Shown: positions 49,701 through 57,186 of the stretch, piece after piece
How the letters are laid out: each line of letters begins with the position of its first letter
Numbering within the stretch: position 1 is the stretch's first letter
Source of the DNA: Candidatus Woesearchaeota archaeon
GTDB taxonomy: Archaea; Nanobdellota; Nanobdellia; Woesearchaeales; ARS49
NCBI GenBank assembly: GCA_016929895.1
Contig: JAFGHW010000048.1
Span: forward strand, 1-61,147
Reading direction: 5' to 3'
Length of the DNA: 61,147 bases
Translations under genes and position numbers: made by a program
Notes under the pieces: generated by a model
The model's database searches: none
What the model was told of the DNA's origin: nothing
The model's input: only the letters and a program-made list of their open reading frames with translations

Positions 49701-49880
49701 AATTATTTGATGTTTTTTTACTAAATGGAATATTTTTGTAATGTCAATTGTTTGAAAAGAATCTTTATCTTGTCCTTCATCAACTCTGTTTTCAGGATGT
49801 TTAATATTTTTTTTTATTTTTCTAAAGAAATCTCCTATTTTCTTGAAATCTATACTTATTTCTTCATTACTTTCTTCCAT
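46755..49880 (-). CDS. aglB: Archaeal oligosaccharyltransferase (STT3 family) with a C-terminal FKBP-type PPIase domain
   Basis: DIDPY, ADTD, TVAE, SWWDFGH (~48069-48083), DMINK, about 13 TM segments. C-terminal GDIVVVEYIG...FDSS...IKGFDEG...PEDAYG...HPLGNQTLNF. Confidence 0.93.
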   Translation of the reverse strand: MEESNEEISIDFKKIGDFFRKIKKNIKHPENRVDEGQDKDSFQTIDITKIFHLVKKHQIIFILVLLIILQFMPNAGFFPWGGLWMRMQSQNLPQIDNWAADSVHNFYKNQISEQINRQYPNLPEENKNKLVDKELNKILSEQKETVDAQIKEMAKQFRSRFQYESNGKSYVYMPDIDPYTYLRFARNKIETGSFADTIKDGTTWDDHSLAPLGRRVSINFHHFFLVFLYKIMSFFNSNIPLMQSATYFPIIMIFLSLFPIFFIGKRLAGNVGGFFAASMMVLNVGALGRTPWGHADTDAYNIFFPILIVWLFIESIIAKSYKKKLLFSALTAFSLAIFSKAWAGGWWYVFYFLLITLFINLAYLIIFNYTEIIKKPSFLKESRELKNIFLIACTFFIFSGIFISIFSSVDSFTNIILAPFTFTVIKAASHANLWPNVYTTVAELNPASISSIIDGIGGKFLFLISSIGILLTLTIKDSSGKRRDIKYAVLLIVWFASTIYASTKGVRFVLLLVPAFSIAFGVAAGMIHIWVSKWMKKELKIPKWVSGIVIITIFGILLISPTKSSYASINNNFPIINDAWWNSLTKIKEESAPNAIINSWWDFGHHFKYIADRAVTFDGATQNYPHAHWIGKALLTDNEDVAVGILRMLDCGSNNAFELINEKLQDTAKSVDLIYTIITVGKEEAKDILTEYFDDPEEILQYTHCSPPENYFITSADMINKAGVWAHFGGWDFKRADVWVNLRRLDRTEAVQTMVEKYNFSEEQAENIYFEAQAITDEKEANAWISPWPGFASSISGCAESNNIIKCSNGLIVKKNNSEYTALINIQNRAGVPKSLVYIDKESKKVIEKEFDNTEVEISAVLIPEGSGYSSILVSKELAMSMFTRLFFLKGHGLKHFDLFDEQRQVTGGMIYVWKADWEGHKPNIHPDLIEKTIVSKGDIVVVEYIGWLENGTVFDSSINDWNSKNISKNADFDEYENTPLQFKVGEGKMIKGFDEGVKGMQKGSVKTTKIAPEDAYGINAKKHPLGNQTLNFKIKIIEID

Positions 49881-49890
49881 GCAAATATTT

Positions 49891-49973
49891 CCCCCCTTGA
49901 AAAGAAATCACTAATTAACTTAAAAATCTTTCTTTTTTTTCATAAATGATGCTTAAATCATAACTTTTTTAAA
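49891..49973. promoter_or_regulatory. Divergent promoters and aglB ribosome-binding site
   Basis: Minus strand: GAAAGA-TTTTTAAG (49919-49926) and GGGGGG SD (49891-49896). Plus strand: TTTTTAAA (49966-49973). Confidence 0.55.
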
Positions 49974-49999
49974 CCTAATTTAGAAAGTATTACAACGAC

Positions 50000-50710
50000 A
50001 TGATGCTATCAGTTGTAATCGCGATTTATAACGAAGAAAAGAATGTTAAGGAATTAACACTGCGATTAATAAAAACACTTAATTCTTTAAAAATTCCTTT
50101 TGAAATAATATATATTGTTGAAGGGGAGGATCAAAGCATAAATATTTTAAAACAACTACAGAAAAAAGAAAAACGCTTGCGATTATTTTATTCTAAAAAA
50201 CCCTCTGGACTTGGCCGCGCTTTTAAAACAGGTTTTTGTAATATCCGCAGGGATTCTACACATATCCTTACATTAGATGCTGACCTTAATCATCAACCAG
50301 AAGAAATTCCTTATTTTTTTAAGCTTATGAAAAAACAAAATGCAGATATGGTTATTGGGTCTAGATTTGTTTCTGGCGGGTCAATAGATATTTTTCCATG
50401 GCATAAACGAATAGTAAGTAGATTTACAAATGTTCTCGTTGAAATTGTTACAGGAATAAAAGCTAAGGATAAAACATCTAATTACCGACTTTACACCCGG
50501 CAAGCCCTAAACTGCGTTGTTAACAAAATGAAATTTCCTGGCTTTGAAACCGTAGTGGAAATGCTTTTAATCACCGCAAAAAATAAATTTAGAATCGCTG
50601 AAACACCCATACAATTCAAATGGAGAGTCCATGGAGAATCCAAATTAAACATGTTCAAAACTGCGATAGGTTATTTTAAACTATTCCTTAGAATTTCATC
50701 TTACAAATGA
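50000..50710 (+). CDS. GT2 dolichyl-phosphate-mannose synthase-like glycosyltransferase
   Basis: SVVIAIYNEE, GLGRAFKTG, LDADLNHQP, GSRF, DKTSNYR, RVHGESKL. Confidence 0.9.
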   Translation: MMLSVVIAIYNEEKNVKELTLRLIKTLNSLKIPFEIIYIVEGEDQSINILKQLQKKEKRLRLFYSKKPSGLGRAFKTGFCNIRRDSTHILTLDADLNHQPEEIPYFFKLMKKQNADMVIGSRFVSGGSIDIFPWHKRIVSRFTNVLVEIVTGIKAKDKTSNYRLYTRQALNCVVNKMKFPGFETVVEMLLITAKNKFRIAETPIQFKWRVHGESKLNMFKTAIGYFKLFLRISSYK

Positions 50711-52467
50711 CAGAGAAAATTATGAGTTCTATGCGCAAACGGAATAATGCAATTATTTTATTAGTTGTACTAATATTGGTATCATTGATATTAAGGGTTC
50801 CTAATTTGGGTTTTCCTTTTTTTGGGGATGAAGCTTGGCACGACTTTGTTAAATTTCATAAAGGAAATCTTTTTTCTTTAAAATATACCTCTATAGACGG
50901 GGAGGATACTATTCCAATTGATCCTCCGTTAACAGGATGGTTTTATTTATTATACAGCTTGATTTTTGGATTCTCAACGATTATATTACGCTCTACAAGT
51001 CTTTTATTCGCCTTGATTAATATATTTTTGGTATATACTATTGCAAAAAAAGTGTTTGACCGAAAAACTGCCTTGTTTTCAACTTTTTTATTGGCAATAA
51101 GCTACTGGCACTGCATTGAATCATATATTTTAGACAGAGATGGAAATTTTTTAATCTTTTTTTATTTAGTAATACTTCTTCTTTATCTTTATTACCGCGA
51201 AACAAAAAACAAGAGATATTTGTGGCTTGGCGCCCTGATATCTATACCATACATGTTTATAAAAATTTCAGGAGTCTTAATCACCGCCATACTGTTTATT
51301 TCAATTTTATACGACAATAAAATATTCCAATTTCTATTTAAAAATGTAAGAAATCTTTTGAATATTGAAATATACCGCAAATCTAATTTTAAAATAGCTT
51401 TTTTTGAAATATCCCCTTTTATACTGGCGAATATATTATCTTACCTTATATTTATTGGAGGAACCTTTCTTCTCAGTCCGGAATACTTTTCTGCACTACT
51501 AACACAAGAAGCAATACCTATTGAATTTTTTACAGCGTCATGGATTAAATCTATTGCGCGAGAAATAATCTATCTTTTCTTATACGGCTCTCCGCTTTTA
51601 ATTGGGCTTTCTATATTATCAATAATACATTTTCACAAAAAGAAAGTTTTATTCCTCTTCTGGCTTTTTGTTCCGATTTTAGCATATTCAAAAATACCAT
51701 ACGCGGGCGCTCTTGAAAGATACTTGTCAGTAATATTGCCGCCGCTCTGCATTCTTGGCGGCGCTTTTTTAGCAAAACTAAATTTACGCAAAAAGCAATA
51801 TTGGCTACTTGGCGGGGTATTATTCTTTTCTTTTCTTTTACTTAATATATTCAGTCTTTTTAAAGCAGAATATCTCCAGCATAATATAAACGAATACTTT
51901 TTAAGAGCAGCAACACTTAAATGGCATTTTCTTTTCCCGTTTTATGGTGCGGGAGGGCCTGCATTTTTAGTGCCTTTTTGGGTGGTAGCTATTTCTGTTC
52001 TATTAAGCATGTTGTTTTTGGTCTTTGCAATATTTTTCCTGAAACATAAAAAGATTTTTTTTATTTTTCTAACACTTTTTTTGGCAGTCAGTCTTTCATT
52101 TAATCTTTATATTCTTCAAGAATTCAATTTTTCAATCCATTCGCCCAATATCCGAGCAGGTTTTAATGATTTGCTTCAAGAATTAAACACAGAATCCACA
52201 GATAAAATTTACACAAACATTGGTTCTATACGAGTTTATACTGATAGAGATATTCAATTTATTAGATTATGGTGCCCTAAAGATGATTACTCCTGTTGGT
52301 CTGAATTAGATTCTAAAATAAAAACAACAGGCGGAGCAGCGTATATTCTTGATTTTCCAAGAACTTTTGAAAGTTCTATGCGCAGTACAATAATTGAAAA
52401 AAACTGCCAACTAAGAAAAGAGATTTCAGATAAGCAGGCAAGAATAGGAATGATATATGATTGCTAG
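50707..52467 (+). CDS. GT-C fold (ArnT/PMT-like) membrane glycosyltransferase
   Basis: FFGDEAW, DPPLTGW, FGFS...LR, ERYLSVILP, more than 12 TM segments. Confidence 0.8.
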   Translation: MTEKIMSSMRKRNNAIILLVVLILVSLILRVPNLGFPFFGDEAWHDFVKFHKGNLFSLKYTSIDGEDTIPIDPPLTGWFYLLYSLIFGFSTIILRSTSLLFALINIFLVYTIAKKVFDRKTALFSTFLLAISYWHCIESYILDRDGNFLIFFYLVILLLYLYYRETKNKRYLWLGALISIPYMFIKISGVLITAILFISILYDNKIFQFLFKNVRNLLNIEIYRKSNFKIAFFEISPFILANILSYLIFIGGTFLLSPEYFSALLTQEAIPIEFFTASWIKSIAREIIYLFLYGSPLLIGLSILSIIHFHKKKVLFLFWLFVPILAYSKIPYAGALERYLSVILPPLCILGGAFLAKLNLRKKQYWLLGGVLFFSFLLLNIFSLFKAEYLQHNINEYFLRAATLKWHFLFPFYGAGGPAFLVPFWVVAISVLLSMLFLVFAIFFLKHKKIFFIFLTLFLAVSLSFNLYILQEFNFSIHSPNIRAGFNDLLQELNTESTDKIYTNIGSIRVYTDRDIQFIRLWCPKDDYSCWSELDSKIKTTGGAAYILDFPRTFESSMRSTIIEKNCQLRKEISDKQARIGMIYDC

Positions 52468-53531
52468 AATAAAAATTTGATTAATTTTGGTTCAGCAAGA
52501 ACAAGCTTGAAAAGTAATTTCGAAGGAAACTCGCGGCAATTATTTGCAAAAAGCTTTTTAATCTTTTTTTGCTTGATTTGATTAATAAGCATGATATATT
52601 CTTTATCTTCAAAGTTATTCAACTTTTTTCTGATCAAATTATGCACTAATAATTGATAATGCGGCTTTTTAATCTGTTTTGCGTAATCTTTATTATTTAC
52701 GATACAATCAGACAAAATCCCTGAAGATTCTAACCCGCTTAATAAGCCGCCGCCTGTAGTTGCTTTTGTTAATGCCGCAGCATCGCCTATTAAAAAAACA
52801 TTGCCTTTTTTAACTCTTTGTTTACTATTATAGATTGGAATTAAACCTCCCTGGTACTCAATTGGCTGAAATTTTAATGCTCTTAGAAAATATTGAAAAT
52901 AATTATTAGTAGATCTTTTTGTTGCTAAACCAACCCTTGCAGTAGTTCTAGATTCGGGAACAACCCAGGCAAAAAAATTCGGCGCAACCTTATTGCCAAA
53001 AAAAGTTGTAAAAGTATTCTTATTAAAATTTCCCCTTACAATTGCCTGCATTCCAACCAAGAATTCTCTATTATTATATAATCCTGCAGATTTTGCAACT
53101 TTAGAAGTTGGGCCATCTGCTCCAACAAAATAATCTGCTTTATTGCTGATTAAACCATTTTTTGTTTTGATTATTGCCTTATTATTTTGGAACCCTTTGA
53201 ATCTATGATTAAAATGAATATTCGCTCCTGCATCTACTGCTTTATTTAATAGATAGTTATCAAATCTTGTCCTGTCCAGCAAATATTCTTCTAAAGGAAT
53301 TTCTGCAAAAGAATTGTCAGGAGCAACAACCTGAACTTTATTGAAATGGTTAACTACAAATTCTTTGCTTTTAGGAACATATTTGAATAATCGCTTGGTT
53401 ACAATTCCAGTGCACTGGATAGGCAAACCTGCTTTAGGATGCTCTTCAAAAATATTAACCTCAAAGCCTTTTTTGGCCAGCAAATATGCACAATAACTGC
53501 CTATCGGGCCGGCGCCTATAATGGAAATCAT
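52464..53531 (-). CDS. Geranylgeranyl reductase family FAD-dependent oxidoreductase
   Basis: IIGAGPIG, PIQCTG, DRTRFD, VGADG, FFAWVVP, GDAA...TGGG. Confidence 0.88.
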   Translation of the reverse strand: MISIIGAGPIGSYCAYLLAKKGFEVNIFEEHPKAGLPIQCTGIVTKRLFKYVPKSKEFVVNHFNKVQVVAPDNSFAEIPLEEYLLDRTRFDNYLLNKAVDAGANIHFNHRFKGFQNNKAIIKTKNGLISNKADYFVGADGPTSKVAKSAGLYNNREFLVGMQAIVRGNFNKNTFTTFFGNKVAPNFFAWVVPESRTTARVGLATKRSTNNYFQYFLRALKFQPIEYQGGLIPIYNSKQRVKKGNVFLIGDAAALTKATTGGGLLSGLESSGILSDCIVNNKDYAKQIKKPHYQLLVHNLIRKKLNNFEDKEYIMLINQIKQKKIKKLFANNCREFPSKLLFKLVLAEPKLIKFLF

Positions 53532-53596
53532 TAATTTTGTAGAGAACGTGCTCTATATAATAATCTTATTATTCACTACTCCACAATACTCCAAAT

Positions 53597-53612
53597 CCGC
53601 AAGCTTTAAATA
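53597..53612 (+). promoter_or_regulatory. BRE-TATA (CCGCAAGC-TTTAAATA) of a three-gene envelope operon
   Basis: Matches the local promoter consensus. GGGGG SD precedes ATG 53668. Confidence 0.55.
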
Positions 53613-53667
53613 TCCCGGAAGTTTTTAAGCAGATATTCATATTGGCTAAATAATTGGGGGGAATAAA

Positions 53668-54795
53668 ATGAGTAAATATTCAAGAATACTTGTTGCAGGA
53701 ACGGCTTTATTAGCTCTTTATTCAATTATGGGCGGATGCCGTTCTTCACAAAAATATACTGTTCCTGGAATGAATAAAAATTCTTTTGCAGGCTATTCTC
53801 TTAAAAAATCACCTTCTGGCCAGCTTATAATATCACAAGCAGATGATTCTGAGCCTTTATTTTCAGAACCTGCAGAGGATTCATATCAAGGTTCTTACCA
53901 AGACAAAAATGTAAATGTGATTGTTAAACCAAGAACAAAAAGAAAAGTATTAACAGACATTGCAGCAAAAATTGAAGCAGGAAAAGAATACCAGGAAGCA
54001 AGAGCAGGCACAAAAGCAATAATCAGACCAGATGAATCTTGGAGAATAATCCCTGAAATAACAGGAGCAATAGCAACAAAGCCTTATTCTGATGGACGCT
54101 CTGCGCAATTAGACCAATTAGTTGCTGGTATAAGAGCTGGGGCATATCAGCCAATGCGAATAGGAGACTTTATTGATGGATTTGCAAAAGACCTACAATT
54201 ATATTTAGAAGGCGGTGCTCATATAATGGGCGGAAAATACAACGGAAGACTTGATGAAGAACATTATGCCGCCCTAGCAAGAATAGGAATAGGCTTATTC
54301 TCACAAGAAGCAGGAACATATCTAAAAGCAATGTTAGCAGCAGGACCAGGAAGATTTTCAATAGACTTAACTGATGAAGACAGAGAGAGATTAGGATTAG
54401 ATTCAAATACAATAAGTGATTCGTTAGTAAGAGCAATTATTGATGTTCAAGCAAGACAAGATATTTGGAAAGGGATATATGCCAAAGGAAGATTTAATGT
54501 TTCTGTACAGAATAGAGAGAATTGGGATAATTACAGAGCAATTGCTTCTGAATTAGGAATAGGACTTAGAGGAGAATTCCCTGGAGTTTTTGAAAGATGG
54601 TATATGGAAGCATTGGCAACATATAGAGATGAATTAGACCAATATTTCAATAATACATCTGCAAACCGGAACATATTTGGCGGAAGAATTGGAGCAGGAG
54701 CACAGATTGGAAGAAACAGCGTAGTAGAATTAGCATTAGAATACGACGAAGAACTTTTATTAAGCTTAATATTGCAATGGCTAGTTAGGCTTTGA
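53668..54795 (+). CDS. Putative lipoprotein with a beta-strand-rich (beta-barrel-like) C-terminal region
   Basis: Signal peptide ending IMGG-C, followed by repeated Gly/aromatic amphipathic strands and a C-terminal LQWLVRL. Confidence 0.55.
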   Translation: MSKYSRILVAGTALLALYSIMGGCRSSQKYTVPGMNKNSFAGYSLKKSPSGQLIISQADDSEPLFSEPAEDSYQGSYQDKNVNVIVKPRTKRKVLTDIAAKIEAGKEYQEARAGTKAIIRPDESWRIIPEITGAIATKPYSDGRSAQLDQLVAGIRAGAYQPMRIGDFIDGFAKDLQLYLEGGAHIMGGKYNGRLDEEHYAALARIGIGLFSQEAGTYLKAMLAAGPGRFSIDLTDEDRERLGLDSNTISDSLVRAIIDVQARQDIWKGIYAKGRFNVSVQNRENWDNYRAIASELGIGLRGEFPGVFERWYMEALATYRDELDQYFNNTSANRNIFGGRIGAGAQIGRNSVVELALEYDEELLLSLILQWLVRL

Positions 54796-54804
54796 GGTTA
54801 AAAA

Positions 54805-56379
54805 ATGGCAGAAGAAAATGGCAATCAAGATAAGGATCCTAAAAGACCGTCGTTAGGCGAGATGTTTAAAAAAATGGATGAGAAAGGAAAGAAAGGTGCA
54901 AAACCAATAGAAGAAGATCAACCAGGCGAAACAGTTACAGATGTGCCTGATATTAGTGGAGGTATAACTGATGATAGTTTTTCAGAAAGAAGAACAAGAG
55001 AAGCTGAGAATACTCCAGAAAGTGGCGATTCAGGATTGTTATACGATAATCTCGATAATCTAAATCTTGACGAAGAACCAAATCCTGCAGAACCATTACC
55101 GCAAGAAATTGTTCCTGAACAACCTTCTGAAGCAGGTATGCAACCGCCATCACAAGAGGGTTTTCCTGAAGATTTTTATGAAGACGATACGCCACCACAA
55201 GCATCATCACAAATACCAAGATCTGCATTTGGAAGTGCAATAAGACATCCTGCAGTGACTATGTTGGGCGCGGGAGTGATAGCATTTTTACTACTTCAAG
55301 CATCAAATTTTATGGCAAATTGGTATACCTCATCTAAGAAAAAAGATAAAACAGAAGCATCTATCCCGGCTGAAGATTCAGATTTAGAAGGCATTTCAGC
55401 AGAACTAAAAAAGCTGGGAGCAAAATTTGATATTAACGAATCAAACAATCGCAGGAAATACATTAGCATGATTGAATCTAATAAAAAATTAGAAGCAAAA
55501 GTATCTGACTTGGAACAATTAAAAACAAATCCAGAAACAGCACCAATGAAAGAAATGGAAGATTATCAAAAAGAAATTATGATAAGTAATAAGCGCATGA
55601 TGGATGCATATCGCAAAGAACTGCAAAACCGTGTTAATGCTGCATTAAAATCAATAAAGAATACAGGAGGCTCTGTGCAAGTAAGACCAATAGAAACAAC
55701 AGAACCTATAAAACCAGTAGAGCCTAAAGAAAAACCAAACGATAAACCAGAATATGATCCAATTACGCAATACAATGATTTAATGGAAATGACAACCAAA
55801 GATGAGATTATAACATCATATGAATTAGCACAAGCAACTAGCAATTGCAGACACATATTAGGTTTATTGCAAAAAAATCACCCTGTTTACGGCAAATTTG
55901 CAAGAAACAGCGAAACAATCAGAACATTAGAGCAAACTGCTAACAAATATTTAAACTTTGCAAATCAAGTACTCTTGGAAAATGAAACAGTCCAGCATAA
56001 TGAGAAATACAAAAAAGTAGAATTAAGAATAAATATAGATGCTTTGAAAAATGGCGCTGAAAAAAGCAAAAGCACAGGATGGATGGATTTAGAAATATCT
56101 TTATCTGATTTTTTTAAAATAGATAGTAATGTATATTTAGCATTGATAGTTAATTATGGAAATCCTGTTTCAGTCCTAAAACAAGGCAAAGCAGCAGAAG
56201 AATTTGTCTATAAATTACTAGAAAATGCAAAGATTTTTGATTCTGGCAAAGCATTCACAGCAGATGCAATTAAAAATGCAAAAGTAAAAGGATTAGCATT
56301 AAGATTAACCTCGCCTGATGGCGCAGAACTAACTGCAAAAAATTTACAAGATTATTTAAAACAAGATAGGGGGGATTAA
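54805..56379 (+). CDS. Single-pass membrane protein with an acidic disordered N-terminus and a coiled coil
   Basis: E/D/P-rich first ~140 aa, TM segment AVTMLGAGVIAFLLL, helical heptad region. GAGGT SD. Confidence 0.7.
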   Translation: MAEENGNQDKDPKRPSLGEMFKKMDEKGKKGAKPIEEDQPGETVTDVPDISGGITDDSFSERRTREAENTPESGDSGLLYDNLDNLNLDEEPNPAEPLPQEIVPEQPSEAGMQPPSQEGFPEDFYEDDTPPQASSQIPRSAFGSAIRHPAVTMLGAGVIAFLLLQASNFMANWYTSSKKKDKTEASIPAEDSDLEGISAELKKLGAKFDINESNNRRKYISMIESNKKLEAKVSDLEQLKTNPETAPMKEMEDYQKEIMISNKRMMDAYRKELQNRVNAALKSIKNTGGSVQVRPIETTEPIKPVEPKEKPNDKPEYDPITQYNDLMEMTTKDEIITSYELAQATSNCRHILGLLQKNHPVYGKFARNSETIRTLEQTANKYLNFANQVLLENETVQHNEKYKKVELRINIDALKNGAEKSKSTGWMDLEISLSDFFKIDSNVYLALIVNYGNPVSVLKQGKAAEEFVYKLLENAKIFDSGKAFTADAIKNAKVKGLALRLTSPDGAELTAKNLQDYLKQDRGD

Positions 56380-57057
56380 ATGTTAAAAAAACCAAAACTA
56401 ACCATTTTATCCATACTAATAATCGCCATGCTTGCGGCAGTACCATTAATTTCTGCTTTTGATGACGCTTTTGATGAATTTTTTACAGAAGACTCTTTTT
56501 TTACAGAAGACGGGGATTTTATATTTGAAGACGATCCTGATTTTTTTGTGTATTACCCAGAAGATGAAAGCCTTCTTTATGACGAACCATACGATGATTT
56601 ATTTATCGGCGACCCATTTGAAGACCCAATGATATTTGATGATTCATTTGATGTTCCTGGAGATGACATGCCTGAAATGGCGCCTCAAGATATACCTCTA
56701 GCACACCAACCAGAAGAACAACCTCCAGTAATAATTCGTGAAAAAGGACTAAGCATACAAATCACAGGAACAAGAATGCCTGATGAAATCAATGCAGGAG
56801 ACCAGCTATTATTAAGAATATACCTAAAAAATAATGGCAAAGAAAATCTAGACAACCTAAAAATCACTTTAGTAAACCAAGAATTGGCATTAAGACGCAG
56901 TGTTGGGCCTATGGATTTGAAAAAAGGAGACAAAGAAACCGAAATATTGCTATTAGACTTCCCATATGACACAGAATCAGGCTATTATTACCTAAGAATA
57001 AATGTTCATGCAAATGGAATAGACAGAGTTATATACCGTGATATATATGTTAGATAA
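56380..57057 (+). CDS. Secreted protein with a D/F-rich low-complexity region and a C-terminal CARDB/Ig-like domain
   Basis: Signal peptide (..PLISA), FDD/FTED repeats, LKNNG..LDNLKI...GYYYLRI. Confidence 0.7.
   Translation: MLKKPKLTILSILIIAMLAAVPLISAFDDAFDEFFTEDSFFTEDGDFIFEDDPDFFVYYPEDESLLYDEPYDDLFIGDPFEDPMIFDDSFDVPGDDMPEMAPQDIPLAHQPEEQPPVIIREKGLSIQITGTRMPDEINAGDQLLLRIYLKNNGKENLDNLKITLVNQELALRRSVGPMDLKKGDKETEILLLDFPYDTESGYYYLRINVHANGIDRVIYRDIYVR
56479..56511 (+). repeat. 15-bp direct repeat TTTTTTACAGAAGAC x2 (18-bp period) encoding FFTED
   Basis: Copies at 56479-56493 and 56497-56511. Confidence 0.8.
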
Positions 57058-57125
57058 TAGCCGGAATAGTTACTTTATGATAGTCATATGAAATATATAG
57101 AAACTACTCAAGAATGATAAATCAT

Positions 57126-57140
57126 AGAAAACTTTAAATA
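57126..57140 (+). promoter_or_regulatory. BRE-TATA (AGAAAAC-TTTAAATA)
   Basis: Upstream of a GGGGG SD and ATG 57187. Confidence 0.6.
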
Positions 57141-57186
57141 CTCAAGCTTCATAAACCATATAAAATATGTGATTGGGGGTTGGAAA

